A stretch of DNA of 64,000 bases from Candidatus Omnitrophota bacterium (GTDB taxonomy: Bacteria > Omnitrophota > Gorgyraeia > S143-82): positions 244,477 to 308,476 of the forward strand of contig WGBD01000001.1 in NCBI GenBank assembly GCA_015494465.1, written 5' to 3'. The position numbers were made by a program, and so were the translations under genes. Shown in pieces: positions 18,385 through 28,419 of the stretch. The notes under the pieces were generated by a model that worked only from the letters and a program-made list of their open reading frames with translations, did no database searches and had not been told where the DNA came from. Position 1 is the stretch's first letter. Every line of letters starts with the position of its first letter.

Positions 18385-19694
18385 TTACTTCAACAGCACC
18401 TTGCCGTTCTCTAATCTATAGCCCACCCTATACCTTTTGTCCTTAGTGTAAACCACCCTCCCTTCTTCGTAGACCATTGCTTCATCTACATTCACCTGTC
18501 CCGCTAAAGCCACTAATACATACCCAGGATCGTTTTCGTAGGCTGGGTCGTTATTGCCTATCACCACTGGATGCTCTGAAACCACCCCTATGTACGGGCC
18601 ATTCCCGCGGTACCTTCTAATCATGCCCGTATCAACATCCAGCTCCACCAAATCCCCAGGCTCAAGTGCCTCTTCTGCAGGCAAGTACTCCGCGTAATCT
18701 CCTCCTGTACTGCATACCGTCCGGAACCGTGCATTGGCGGAGGAGAAGTTTACCGAACCTATCCCGTGACCGGTTAAGGTGGAACCCCAGAGGTCTATCG
18801 TCCCCGCACTCCGTACATCGATCCCTGAGCCACTCATAAACAGTGGCCCACCTGCAGCGGTGATAGCAATGCCTGGCTTAGGAGAAGAGGGAATCCTCGG
18901 ATCGTTACAATCCAGCGGTCTGTCGTTGGCAATCATTACACCCTTCTCCCCCCATAGATGTATTGATCCCCCTTTAGATAGAACCGCCACCGATGTGTTC
19001 TGTGGCACAGGCAGGTCATGTACAGGACCGGTTCCAGCAATCAGTGTCCCGACCTGCCTCCCACTGCCATCTAACATCCCTCCAAGCATGGTTATACACC
19101 CATACCTAGAGTTATAACTAAACCATCCTATCAGCCCCTCGGAATTACCATCAAATATTCCTATTCCCCAATCGTCGACGCCATCCGATCCTATCGCAGT
19201 CCAGTAATCGTTGCTCGCAACTTCGTTGTTAACCGCCACGACTTTAGCCGAGTTCAAAGCCAATCCAGAATCATTGGTAAAGAATGTATCTCCTATCTCT
19301 CCCCCACGAGCAGACTTCCTTCCACCCTCAACCCATTCTCTACCGGCGTTGCTGATCCTGCGAAATTCTCTCCAATTATCACCCCTCCTGCTACATCCAA
19401 TCTCGAATTTGTAGGGGCCACTCCTATCCCCAGGGATCCCAACACCGCCAAAGCGGTGGTAGGCGAAAGGCTGGTTTCCGGTACCACTCCCCCACAATTC
19501 CATCCTCCGGTACTGGAATGGAACTGGCAGGTACTACTAAAGGCATCAGATCCCACCGCCATCGCCTCAGCCCGCAGTTCCTTGTACTCACCGTAGGGCG
19601 AGGGATAATAGACGGAAACCGAACTCTTTGGGTGTGCAAGGCTCTCCCAAGCAACTAACAACACTGTTGCTAAATACGCCTTCCTCATCTCCAA
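18385..19694 (-). pseudogene. secreted Gly/Ser/Thr-rich protein of unknown function, interrupted by a frameshift at a G5 run
   Basis: The 5' piece (19293-19694) encodes the signal peptide MRKAYLATVLLVAWESLAHP and the N-terminal domain. The body continues in another frame (18385-19503), whose first 70 codons are R/W-rich nonsense. The good translation switches frame at CCCCC (19292-19296). Confidence 0.45.
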
Positions 19695-19725
19695 CCTGCT
19701 GAAAGTTCGTTGTAAAGTGTTAACC

Positions 19726-20478
19726 TTAAAAGCTACTCGCCAAAGACTTCACCAGCAGGTTCCAGCCGTCCGCCAGCACGAACAACAGCAGTTTAAACGG
19801 AAGAGATATCATTATCGGCGGGACCATCATCATACCCATTGCCATCAATACGCTGGCCACGACCAGATCTATTACCAAAAACGGGACATACAACAAGAAG
19901 CCTATGGTGAACGCAGTGCGCAGTTCGCTTATCACGAACGCGGGGATCAAGACAGACATCGGGACATCTATTCTCCTCGACGGCACAGGCGTGTGTGATA
20001 TCTGAAAGAACAGGGCCAGATCCTTGTTCCGGGTCTGTTTCAACATAAATTTCTTGAAGGGGAGCTGTATGCGTCTGCCTGCCTCGTAAATGGTTATCTC
20101 GCCGTTCATGTACGGTTTTACCGCCGTGGACATTGCCTCCCTCCAGACTGGGGCCATTATCATAGCGGTCATGAACAGGGCCAGACCCACGAATATCTGG
20201 GTGGGTGGCAACTGCTGGGTACCGAGGGCGTGGCGCAAAAAGGCAAAGACGACGATTATCCTGGTAAAGGAGGTCATCATCAACACGATCGACGGAGCCA
20301 AGGACAAGACGGTGAAGAGCAAGAACAACTGTACGGTAAAACTGACCTCTTCCTGGGTCTGGGCAGGTTGCACGAAGGTAAACTTCGGCACCCACCACGA
20401 GGGTGTAGCGGAGTACCCCAGGTTAGCACCTAACAACAGGCCAAAAGCCACCACCAAGGCCTTCGTATTAAGCCTCAT
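19726..20478 (-). CDS. fliP: flagellar biosynthetic protein FliP
   Basis: 250 aa. Signal peptide, then FTRIIVVFAFLRHALGTQQLPPTQIFVGLALFMTAMIMAPV and ISELRTAFTIGFLLYVPFLVIDLVVASVLMAMGMMMVPP. Confidence 0.9.
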   Translation of the reverse strand: MRLNTKALVVAFGLLLGANLGYSATPSWWVPKFTFVQPAQTQEEVSFTVQLFLLFTVLSLAPSIVLMMTSFTRIIVVFAFLRHALGTQQLPPTQIFVGLALFMTAMIMAPVWREAMSTAVKPYMNGEITIYEAGRRIQLPFKKFMLKQTRNKDLALFFQISHTPVPSRRIDVPMSVLIPAFVISELRTAFTIGFLLYVPFLVIDLVVASVLMAMGMMMVPPIMISLPFKLLLFVLADGWNLLVKSLASSF

Positions 20479-20935
20479 CTATCCTCCGTCTGATCGCCCG
20501 TTTCAGCTCCTCCAGTTGGGCCTCTATGTCCTTTAATTGGTCCCCATAGCCACTCCGAGGCTCAAGTTCCTCCATAGATCGTTTGAGATCTGCGATAAAG
20601 CGAGTGCCTTCAGGCATGCGGGTCAACAGATTGACGGAGTTATCGGTTACGCCTATCAGATACCTCTCTCCACTCACCTCCACCACACACAATTGGGCTC
20701 GAGGAGAGAAGTAGTACCTCTCCAAGACCTTTATCCCGCCACCTGCCTCTCCCCTTCTGCGCAGAAACACCATCCGGAGGAGGAGTAAGGTCCCAATCAA
20801 CAAGGCCAACACCACTGCCACGGAGAGGAGGTAGTTGCCTAGGCCCACCTCGGCACCAGTTTTAGCCGGTTCTGCGAGTAGCCAATTGGGGGTTCCCGTT
20901 ATAATGTTCGCTACATCGTTCACCGAGGTCTGCAT
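20468..20935 (-). CDS. fliO: flagellar biosynthesis protein FliO/FliZ
   Basis: 155 aa with a single TM segment (LLSVAVVLALLIGTLLLL). It sits immediately upstream of fliP and overlaps it. Confidence 0.6.
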   Translation of the reverse strand: MQTSVNDVANIITGTPNWLLAEPAKTGAEVGLGNYLLSVAVVLALLIGTLLLLRMVFLRRRGEAGGGIKVLERYYFSPRAQLCVVEVSGERYLIGVTDNSVNLLTRMPEGTRFIADLKRSMEELEPRSGYGDQLKDIEAQLEELKRAIRRRIDEA

Positions 20936-20936
20936 C

Positions 20937-21272
20937 CTACTTCTCCCCCGTCTCTCCTACCGACTTAGTGTCTATTATCTCCGTGATCCTAACCCCGAAG
21001 TTTTCCTCAATAACGACGACCTCTCCCCTTGCCACGAGCTTGTTATTGACCAATATGTCCACGGGATCTCCTGCCAGCTTATCCAATTCTATCACCGATC
21101 CGGGACCGAGATTTAAGACCTCCTTAAGCGGCATCACCGTACGCCCCAATTCGATAACTACATCCAAAGAGACATCCATCAACAGGTCAATGTTCTTGAC
21201 GGGGGTTACTATGTCCCCCTGGAGTTCGTTGAGAGATGCGTTCCTTATGTCCGGATTCTTCTCTTCCGCCAT
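20937..21272 (-). CDS. fliN: flagellar motor switch protein FliN
   Basis: 111 aa. SpoA/FliN domain ([64 protein letters not shown]). Confidence 0.85.
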   Translation of the reverse strand: MAEEKNPDIRNASLNELQGDIVTPVKNIDLLMDVSLDVVIELGRTVMPLKEVLNLGPGSVIELDKLAGDPVDILVNNKLVARGEVVVIEENFGVRITEIIDTKSVGETGEK

Positions 21273-21293
21273 GACTCACCACACCTCCTAGAC

Positions 21294-22169
21294 CTAGTAT
21301 GTCACCACCGATACGAGCTTTACTGCCCGCTTCTTCTCCACTCGGCCTAAGACCCCCTTAAACAGCAACCTATCGTTGACCTGCACGTGAACCTTATCCG
21401 ACACCGGGGTCCTGACATCTATCACATCCCCAGGCTTGAGCCTCTTGACCTGGGAAAGCGCCAACTGGATAGGCGGAAAGGTCACGACCAGAGGGACATC
21501 CACATCCTTGACCCTCTCCTCCCCCAAGCGGGCCTCGCCTTTAGCCCTGGCCCGGAGCATGTGCTGGGCACTCAACTTGGGCAACAGCTCCTCCAAAGAT
21601 ATGAACGAAACGACCAAGGATATCTTCCCACTCACATCACCGATAACCGCGGAGTAATCGCAAAATAAAACCGGCTCGTTCGGGGAAAACGACTGCACGA
21701 ACTGGGGATTCGACTCTATCTCCACCAGATTGGGTTCTAGGTTGACCAGGGAATGCCATACCTCCTTTATGGCCCCACTTACCACCCTGAAAAGACGACG
21801 GATAAGGACGAGTTCGAGCTCGGTGAAGTCCCGGATCTTGGGAGCACCCCTTCCCTGTCCGCCAAGCAACCTGTCTATCAGAGAAAACATAAATTCCGGA
21901 GAGACATACACCACCATCTGACCTTCCAGGGGAGGAATGTCCCATATACCTATACAGGAGGGGACGCTCCAGCCTGCCATTACCTCTCCAAACGGGGTCT
22001 GGGATACGGATTCTAGGCGCACCTGCACCACGGTCCTCAACATCGCAGACCATTCCACTGTAGCCACTCTAGAGAAGTTCTCGTGGAGTATCTGAAGGTT
22101 TCTTAACTGGTCCTTTGATATCTTCTCTGGTTTGTTGAAGTCGTATGTCTTGACCTCTTTGGTAATCAC
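21294..22169 (-). CDS. fliM: FliM paralog lacking the N-terminal CheY-P binding peptide
   Basis: 291 aa. It starts at MITKEVKTYDFNKPEKISKDQLRNLQILHENF, which matches FliM from about residue 35 onward. The middle and SpoA domains are intact. It sits in the canonical fliL-fliM-fliN context. Confidence 0.75.
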   Translation of the reverse strand: MITKEVKTYDFNKPEKISKDQLRNLQILHENFSRVATVEWSAMLRTVVQVRLESVSQTPFGEVMAGWSVPSCIGIWDIPPLEGQMVVYVSPEFMFSLIDRLLGGQGRGAPKIRDFTELELVLIRRLFRVVSGAIKEVWHSLVNLEPNLVEIESNPQFVQSFSPNEPVLFCDYSAVIGDVSGKISLVVSFISLEELLPKLSAQHMLRARAKGEARLGEERVKDVDVPLVVTFPPIQLALSQVKRLKPGDVIDVRTPVSDKVHVQVNDRLLFKGVLGRVEKKRAVKLVSVVTY

Positions 22170-22654
22170 TGGATGACGAACTCCGAGAAGTAGACCCCCA
22201 CTACCTTGCCTTGACTCAGGATCTCGTTAACCTTGTCCATTATCTCCTGCTTCAGGCGGTCCTTTCCCGCCAGGGGCATTACATCGTCTAAGCTCTTGCT
22301 GGAAAAGATGGTGATTAGGATGTCCTTTATCTCCGGCAGTTTCTTGTTTATCTCCTCCAACACCTCTTCCTTATCGACCTCGAAGACGGGATTGACCTTC
22401 AGGTAGCGCTCCGCGTTTACCTCAGCGAGGTTCACTATGAAGGGATCCTCGAACTGGTAAAATATACCAGGCTCTTTCTTCTCCTGCTTGACCTCTTCTT
22501 TAGGTGCCTCTTCGGCTTTCTTGTTCATGGTCAAAAAGAAAAACCCTCCCCCAGCTAACGCCAACACCACGGCTGCCACGACGACCAAAAGTATAGGGTT
22601 CAGCCCTTTCTTGGCCTGATTAGCCTCTTTTACCTCCGGATCCGGCATGATCAA
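22166..22654 (-). CDS. fliL: flagellar basal-body-associated protein FliL
   Basis: 162 aa with one TM segment. FEDPFIVNLAEVNAERYLKVNPVFEV is FliL-like. It is positioned between motB and fliM. Confidence 0.75.
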   Translation of the reverse strand: MIMPDPEVKEANQAKKGLNPILLVVVAAVVLALAGGGFFFLTMNKKAEEAPKEEVKQEKKEPGIFYQFEDPFIVNLAEVNAERYLKVNPVFEVDKEEVLEEINKKLPEIKDILITIFSSKSLDDVMPLAGKDRLKQEIMDKVNEILSQGKVVGVYFSEFVIQ

Positions 22655-23325
22655 CTCCTCCCGAGTACCTCTTTTGCCCTCAACACGATGTCTATCTTAA
22701 CCGCCTTATTCAGAGAATCGTCCCTGCGCCCCTCCGGATAAAGGTGCACGAAAGGTACGCCCTGCCTGTGAAGATATTGCATCACGGAAAAGGCCCGCCA
22801 ATAAGCGACTTCCCAGTCCTTATCCCCGCCAAAACCACCTGCATAACCCACAATTGTTATACCATAGGGAGTATCGAAATACAACGCCAACATCCTCTGC
22901 AAGAAGAGCTTTGCCTTCGCTGACAGATCGCCTTTATCGGATGTGAAGAACATGGACTCGTCAAAACATATGTGTATCCTCCCGAGGGCGTCGTAGCTCA
23001 CATTCACCGGCTGGCCAGGCTTTTGGGGCTCAGAGGTAAACTCTATCCCCTGAAGGTCTTCCAGCTTCAACCTCTTCAATATCCTCATTATCCTGGTCTG
23101 GGCAACATCCGGCTTGGTAATGATGGCCCCTCCACCCTCCAAGATCCCTGCACCTCCGGTCCCAAAGGCCCCAAAGGCGCTCTTTATGGAGGTGATCACC
23201 GTGTTCATCTTCTTGTTTGGCTCCTGGGTCCCCATGCTCACCAAAAGGATAAAGAAGGTCATCAATAGGGTCATCAAGAGCCCGTAAAGGAGCATGTATC
23301 CAGGGGCGGACGGTTCGTCTCCCAT
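22651..23325 (-). CDS. MotB-like protein with a degenerate OmpA-like C-terminal domain
   Basis: 224 aa. PGYMLLYGLLMTLLMTFFILLVSM resembles the MotB plug/TM region. The C-terminus (IVGYAGGFGGDKD..AYWRAFSVMQYLHRQGV..KIDIVL) is only loosely OmpA-like. Confidence 0.55.
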   Translation of the reverse strand: MGDEPSAPGYMLLYGLLMTLLMTFFILLVSMGTQEPNKKMNTVITSIKSAFGAFGTGGAGILEGGGAIITKPDVAQTRIMRILKRLKLEDLQGIEFTSEPQKPGQPVNVSYDALGRIHICFDESMFFTSDKGDLSAKAKLFLQRMLALYFDTPYGITIVGYAGGFGGDKDWEVAYWRAFSVMQYLHRQGVPFVHLYPEGRRDDSLNKAVKIDIVLRAKEVLGRS

Positions 23326-23337
23326 CCCTTCACCTCC

Positions 23338-24126
23338 TCATATACTGGAATAATCTGGGGTCCTGCCGATGATCACGATCTCTATCCTTCGGTTTCTGGC
23401 CCTGTGCTCCGGGGTGTCGTTAGGCACGACCGGCTTCAGGTCCCCCAGACCTGCCACCCCTATCCTCTCAACCGGCATGCCGTTGTCGATGAGGAAGTGA
23501 GCCACCGCCAAGGCTCGGTGAAGTGAGAGGTCAAAGTTGTCCTTATAGGGTCCTCCCCACTTCACGGGGATGTTATCCGTGTGTCCCTCTACCACTATGG
23601 GGTTGTCGACATAAAGCAGTAAGGGCAAGATCTTCTTCAGCACCCGCTTGGCCTCTTCGCTGAGCTGGGTAGAACCCTTCTCAAAGAGGATCTCGTTGTG
23701 TATCCTGATGGAGTATCCTCTCTGTACTTTAGTGATCTCGATGTACTTGTAGATCCCCTGACTCTTTACATAGCCCTTCAGGTTCATCAACTTCTTCACT
23801 ACCGCAGACTGCTCCCGGAAGGTCAAGGCCCTACGGTTCCTCACCAATACGGTGACGATCCGCTCGAGCTTCTCAAGCCCAGTGCCCCTACCTGAGAACC
23901 CCGCTCCTCCGAAGCGCAAGGAAACAGAACCGATAAATCCACCTACCTTTAACTCGTCAAATGAGGTGAAAGAGACGAGCATCACGAAAAAGGTGAGCAA
24001 AAGGGACATCGCGTCGCCAAAGGTGAGCATCCAAAAAGGACAGGTCGGCCCCTCGTCTTCCTCTACCTCTTCTTCTTTCTTCTTGCGCTTATCAGCCATC
24101 TCCCCCCACCAGATGGCAGTGCCCAC
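23338..24126 (-). CDS. motB: flagellar motor protein MotB
   Basis: 262 aa. CPFWMLTFGDAMSLLLTFFVMLVS is the MotB TM/plug region. The C-terminal OmpA domain is GHTDNIPV...LSLHRALAVAHFLIDNGMPVERIGVAGLGD...NRRIEIVI. Confidence 0.85.
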   Translation of the reverse strand: MGTAIWWGEMADKRKKKEEEVEEDEGPTCPFWMLTFGDAMSLLLTFFVMLVSFTSFDELKVGGFIGSVSLRFGGAGFSGRGTGLEKLERIVTVLVRNRRALTFREQSAVVKKLMNLKGYVKSQGIYKYIEITKVQRGYSIRIHNEILFEKGSTQLSEEAKRVLKKILPLLLYVDNPIVVEGHTDNIPVKWGGPYKDNFDLSLHRALAVAHFLIDNGMPVERIGVAGLGDLKPVVPNDTPEHRARNRRIEIVIIGRTPDYSSI

Positions 24127-24129
24127 GAC

Positions 24130-25176
24130 TTAACCGACCAACAACTCCGCTATCTGCACCGCATTTAGCGCAGCTCCCTTGCGCAGGTTGTCAGCGACTA
24201 TCCACATATTCAATCCCGCCTCCACCGAAAGATCCCTACGAAGCCTGCCCACGAAGACATCGTCTTCTCCTGCCACATCCAAGGCCAGAGGATACACAGA
24301 ACTGGCAGGATCATCGAGGACCCGGATGCCCGGGGCCTTGCTCAACAATTCTTTTACTTCATCCAATGAGGGAAAAGACCTCTCCAACTCCACATTAACC
24401 GCCTCGCTGTGGGCCCTTAAAGAGGGCACCCGCACGCAAGTGGGCGAGACCTTTACATTAGGACTGTGCAATATCTTCCTAGTCTCGTTTATCATCTTCC
24501 ATTCCTCTTTGGTGTAGGCCTCGTCCCCAAACACATCTATGTGGGGCAAGGCGTTAAAGGCTATCGGATGGGCGAGCACCCGCTTCAGTCCTTCTTTGTT
24601 GCGCAACAGGGCCTTGATCTCCTCTGCAGAACAACGGGGGCACTCCTTCATAACCAGCTCCAGTTCCTCCCAAAGCTGATCCACTGCCTCTTTCCCCCAT
24701 CCAGAGACCGACTGATAAGTAGCCACCACCACTCGTTTCAATCCGTAGGCGTCCATCAACGGCTTTAAGACGACCACCATCTGGATCGTGGAACAGTTGG
24801 GATTGGCAATGATACCTTTGTGGGCCTTGGCGTCCTCAGGATTGACCTCCGGGACCACCAAAGGCACCTCCGGATCCATGCGAAAGGCACTGCTGTTGTC
24901 TATCACCACTACCCCCCGTCGGGCTGCCTTGGGGGCGAATTCTCTGCTTATGCTGGCGCCTGCACTGAACAGGGCAAAGTCCAGCCCTTCAAACTTCTCT
25001 TCACTAAGCTCCTCGACCTCCAGCATGGCCCCTCTAAACGGGACCTTCTTCCCCTTGGATCGGCTGGAGGCCAAGGGTCTCAACTCCTCCACCGGGAAGT
25101 CCCTCTGCTCTAAAACCCGCAGCATCTCCCGGCCTACCAGACCGGTTGCCCCAACGACCGCTACCTTGTATCCCAT
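24130..25176 (-). CDS. asd: aspartate-semialdehyde dehydrogenase
   Basis: 348 aa. It has the NAD-binding VAVVGATGLVGREM and the active-site NPNCSTIQMVVVLKPL region. Confidence 0.9.
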   Translation of the reverse strand: MGYKVAVVGATGLVGREMLRVLEQRDFPVEELRPLASSRSKGKKVPFRGAMLEVEELSEEKFEGLDFALFSAGASISREFAPKAARRGVVVIDNSSAFRMDPEVPLVVPEVNPEDAKAHKGIIANPNCSTIQMVVVLKPLMDAYGLKRVVVATYQSVSGWGKEAVDQLWEELELVMKECPRCSAEEIKALLRNKEGLKRVLAHPIAFNALPHIDVFGDEAYTKEEWKMINETRKILHSPNVKVSPTCVRVPSLRAHSEAVNVELERSFPSLDEVKELLSKAPGIRVLDDPASSVYPLALDVAGEDDVFVGRLRRDLSVEAGLNMWIVADNLRKGAALNAVQIAELLVG

Positions 25177-25189
25177 CTATACCCCTCCT

Positions 25190-25930
25190 CTATATCAGTT
25201 CCGCCACATCGTACTCCTCAACCGCCTTGGAAAACCAGGAAATCTCGTCCAGCTTCCCGTTAAACCTGTTTCGTTCACCATCCGAGGCCAGGTAAACTGC
25301 CTCCCTTACCAGATCCTCGTCTCGAGCCAGTTCCAATACCGTATGCCAGAATGTATCCCTTGCCTCAGGTTTACCATTTAGGTAAAGCGTGAGCATCCCA
25401 TTGTTAACGACCACTGCCAAGTGGATCCACTCCCTCTCTGGGAGATCCAAGGGCAAACGGAGCACCTCCCTATCCCCATCTCTAAACCTGAGGACGACCT
25501 CTATCCGATTAGGATAGACCGGATCCCCCCTAACCTCGAGAGGTGCAGAGTGAAGTAAAACCGTATCTTTTTCTATACCCCGATGATAGAACCAAAATCC
25601 AACGCTGAAGCCCTGGGGAGAAAAGATCCAGGGATCCAGGACCTTCATCTCGTAAAACCCGTCCTCGTCTATAAAATCAGGGGCATAACCCCGCACCCCG
25701 TCACTGATGTCGGCCTCCCCACGAAGGAGGGCACAGCCCTCCTCCTCTAACAGGTTCTTTGCAGTCTGTAAGTTGCCGTCGTCGAAGTCCACAAATATGC
25801 GGAGAGAAGGATTAGAAGGAGAAAGCCCTAGAAGGCTCAATACGGTCAAGATCAACCCAAAACGGATCCATCTCCTCATTTCCGGCCCCTTTCTTAAGCG
25901 GTATCCCCTGACCAAATAATCATACCACAC
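25190..25930 (-). CDS. secreted hypothetical protein with a concanavalin/LamG-like jelly-roll domain
   Basis: The likely true start is MRRWIRFGLILTVLSLLGLS (25879), which is a signal peptide. The body (FSVGFWFYHRG..LLHSAP..IHLAVVVNNGMLTLYLNGK) looks like a LamG/ConA-type lectin fold. Confidence 0.4.
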   Translation of the reverse strand: MWYDYLVRGYRLRKGPEMRRWIRFGLILTVLSLLGLSPSNPSLRIFVDFDDGNLQTAKNLLEEEGCALLRGEADISDGVRGYAPDFIDEDGFYEMKVLDPWIFSPQGFSVGFWFYHRGIEKDTVLLHSAPLEVRGDPVYPNRIEVVLRFRDGDREVLRLPLDLPEREWIHLAVVVNNGMLTLYLNGKPEARDTFWHTVLELARDEDLVREAVYLASDGERNRFNGKLDEISWFSKAVEEYDVAELI

Positions 25931-25957
25931 AACTGCCTTGACAATCCACGCAAACGA

Positions 25958-27580
25958 TCACCCTTCCAACTCTACCGGGATCAGACCTCGTAGGGCGTTC
26001 CCTACGAAAACCCTCTTCCCCACTAAATCCGAAATGTGGATTCTCTCCTCTCGGGCCCTTCCCTCCGCTAAAAGGACCTGGCGTAATACGCCCTCCAGTA
26101 TCCTCCCATCGCTGGGTGGAGTTAGCATCTCTCCAGCCGATTCCACGAAGACATTGGTGATACATCCCTGCAAGAGGAAACCGTCTTCGTCGACGAGGAT
26201 CACCTCGTCGTATCCCCCTTTCCGGGCCTCCTTCAGAACGGAATCGAAGAAATGACGAAATCTCGTGGTCTTGAATCGGAGGTGGGGCCCAGCATATCTT
26301 AGATCGAACCTCTTCACGAGCGCCCTCCACCGAACAGGCCTATCCCCGTTGATCTGTTCCAAGCCCCAACGAAAGTGACCGCAAACCGACATGGTCAAGC
26401 GCAAGCGCCACAGGCCGGGAAGGCCCTCGATCGTCCTCTCCACCGCCCTCTTTAGTTTCAAATAGGGACAGCGGAACCCAAAAAAGGCCGAGGCATCGAG
26501 CAAGCGCTTAGCGTGAAACCTCCAATACGGGATCCTCCCTCCCTCGACCCTCATCGTTTCTATCAGTTCGAAGTCCATTGCAGAATTGAGGAAAAACCCT
26601 GCCTTGAGCAGGTCCTCTGCGTACTCCCGGTGTGCCCGTGAATCCCATACGATCCCACTCCCGATCCCCAATCTCCCCCGAGAAAGTCCGTCGTACAACT
26701 CCACCGTGCGGATGAGGACCGCCAACTCCCCTTGATCGCCCCGTATCCAGCCTGCCACTCCGGTGTAAGGCCCCCTCTCCCAATTCTCTAGCTGAGAAAT
26801 TATCTTAACGGTGCTGGACTTCGGGGCCCCAGTCACTGAGGCGGGGGGCAAGGTAGCGGAAAAGATCTCCTGCCAACGCATCCCGTTCCGCAAGCGCCCC
26901 CACACCCTTGAGACCAATTGAGAGATCGTCGGTAGGCGTTTGGTCCGGAACAACTCCGCACCTATCGACCCGTGCTCGCATATCTGCCCCAACTCGTTGC
27001 GGATCATGTCCACGATCATGACATTCTCTGCCTTCGTCTTCTCGTCCAAGATCCCCGGATCGCCTGGGGCCCAGGTCCCTTTCATAGGCTCCATCTCAAC
27101 ATAGCTTCTATCCCTCAGAAGGAACCTCTCGGGGGAAAGGGACAGCAAGGCCCAATCGTCCTCTATTACTGCCCAGGCAAGGGGTGTGGGTTGGGTTGAG
27201 AGGAGACGGAGGAACAGCCCGGTTGCAGACCCTCGGAACCTGAATCTCAAAGGGAAGGTGAGGTTGACCTGGTAGGTATACCCCTCTTTTATGAATTCCT
27301 TCACTTCGAAGATGCGCGCTCGAAAGTCCTCAAAGCCCAAGCCAAGCGATAGATCCCAGACATCGAAGGGCCCTTCTTTCACTTCCACAGGTTCCAACAG
27401 CTTCCACGCACCTGCGTAAGGCAGACCCGTTTCCGAACCCCCGTAAGAGATAAACACCAAAAAGTCCTCGTCGCGATGGCGAGAGAGAATCGAGAACAGA
27501 TCGGAGAGCCTATCCTGAGAAGAAACGAACTGGCCCTCTCCCAAGCGCCACCACTTCCCTTGCCAGAAACCAAGGCTCAT
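25958..27580 (-). CDS. aminodeoxychorismate synthase component I fused to aminodeoxychorismate lyase (PabB-PabC)
   Basis: 540 aa. It has a chorismate-binding core (SPERFL, TGAPK, GPYTGVAGWI) followed by a class-IV aminotransferase/ADC-lyase-like C-terminus (YDEVILVDEDGFLLQGCITNVFV). Confidence 0.6.
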   Translation of the reverse strand: MSLGFWQGKWWRLGEGQFVSSQDRLSDLFSILSRHRDEDFLVFISYGGSETGLPYAGAWKLLEPVEVKEGPFDVWDLSLGLGFEDFRARIFEVKEFIKEGYTYQVNLTFPLRFRFRGSATGLFLRLLSTQPTPLAWAVIEDDWALLSLSPERFLLRDRSYVEMEPMKGTWAPGDPGILDEKTKAENVMIVDMIRNELGQICEHGSIGAELFRTKRLPTISQLVSRVWGRLRNGMRWQEIFSATLPPASVTGAPKSSTVKIISQLENWERGPYTGVAGWIRGDQGELAVLIRTVELYDGLSRGRLGIGSGIVWDSRAHREYAEDLLKAGFFLNSAMDFELIETMRVEGGRIPYWRFHAKRLLDASAFFGFRCPYLKLKRAVERTIEGLPGLWRLRLTMSVCGHFRWGLEQINGDRPVRWRALVKRFDLRYAGPHLRFKTTRFRHFFDSVLKEARKGGYDEVILVDEDGFLLQGCITNVFVESAGEMLTPPSDGRILEGVLRQVLLAEGRAREERIHISDLVGKRVFVGNALRGLIPVELEG

Positions 27581-28386
27581 TTCTCCTTAACCGCAGGGAG
27601 GACCTTCTCAATCAGTTCTTCATAGGCGGATCGGACCACAGTTTGTCTATCCCACACGCTCTCACCTCGTTTCAAGGCATCTATTAGATCTGGAGAAAAG
27701 GGGATACTCGTCAAGAGATCCACCCCTAACTCTCTGGCCACATCGTCTGCGGTTCTATCCCCAAACAACCTTATCCTCTCAGAACAATTGGGACAGATTA
27801 ACTCGCCCATGTTCTCCACCAAACCCAATACCTTTATCCCCATTTTTCTAGCGAAAGAGACACTTCTACGGGTATCTGCCAGGGCCACCTCGTTGGCAGT
27901 GGTCACTATAATCGCCCCGCTGATCGCATCCGCCAAAAACTGCATAACCGTAAGGGGCTCATCACCCGTTCCTGGAGGAGAATCTATCACCAGAAAGTCC
28001 CTTTCACCCCACCTAACCCCTGAAAGAAACTGCCGAATGAGACCTATCTTAAGAGGCCCTCGCCAGATGACCGCCTCGTCCGGGGAAAGGTTCTCCGCCA
28101 AGGAGACCACCGCTATCCCATCCGGCCCCTGCCGAGGCAGCAACTTGCCTTCTCCGTCGGCAGAAAGACCTCGCGGTTCCAGGCCAAGCAAGACCAACAC
28201 ATCTGGACCGTGCACATCCGTATCCATAAGGCCCACCTTGTATCCCCTCTTGGCCAGGCCTCGGGCAAGGTTAACCGCTACGGTAGACTTCCCCACCCCT
28301 CCTTTTCCGCTTAACACCAACAAGACATGCCTTATACCTGAAAGGGCCTCTCGGACCTCCTGTCTAATCTTCCGTATCGTGTCCAA
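27577..28386 (-). CDS. Mrp/NBP35 (ApbC) family iron-sulfur cluster carrier ATPase
   Basis: 269 aa. It has a deviant Walker A (LSGKGGVGKST) and an ICPNCSE cysteine motif. Confidence 0.85.
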   Translation of the reverse strand: MDTIRKIRQEVREALSGIRHVLLVLSGKGGVGKSTVAVNLARGLAKRGYKVGLMDTDVHGPDVLVLLGLEPRGLSADGEGKLLPRQGPDGIAVVSLAENLSPDEAVIWRGPLKIGLIRQFLSGVRWGERDFLVIDSPPGTGDEPLTVMQFLADAISGAIIVTTANEVALADTRRSVSFARKMGIKVLGLVENMGELICPNCSERIRLFGDRTADDVARELGVDLLTSIPFSPDLIDALKRGESVWDRQTVVRSAYEELIEKVLPAVKEK

Positions 28387-28419
28387 TTCGTCCCCCTTTA
28401 CCTTCCATCCCGTCGGGTG

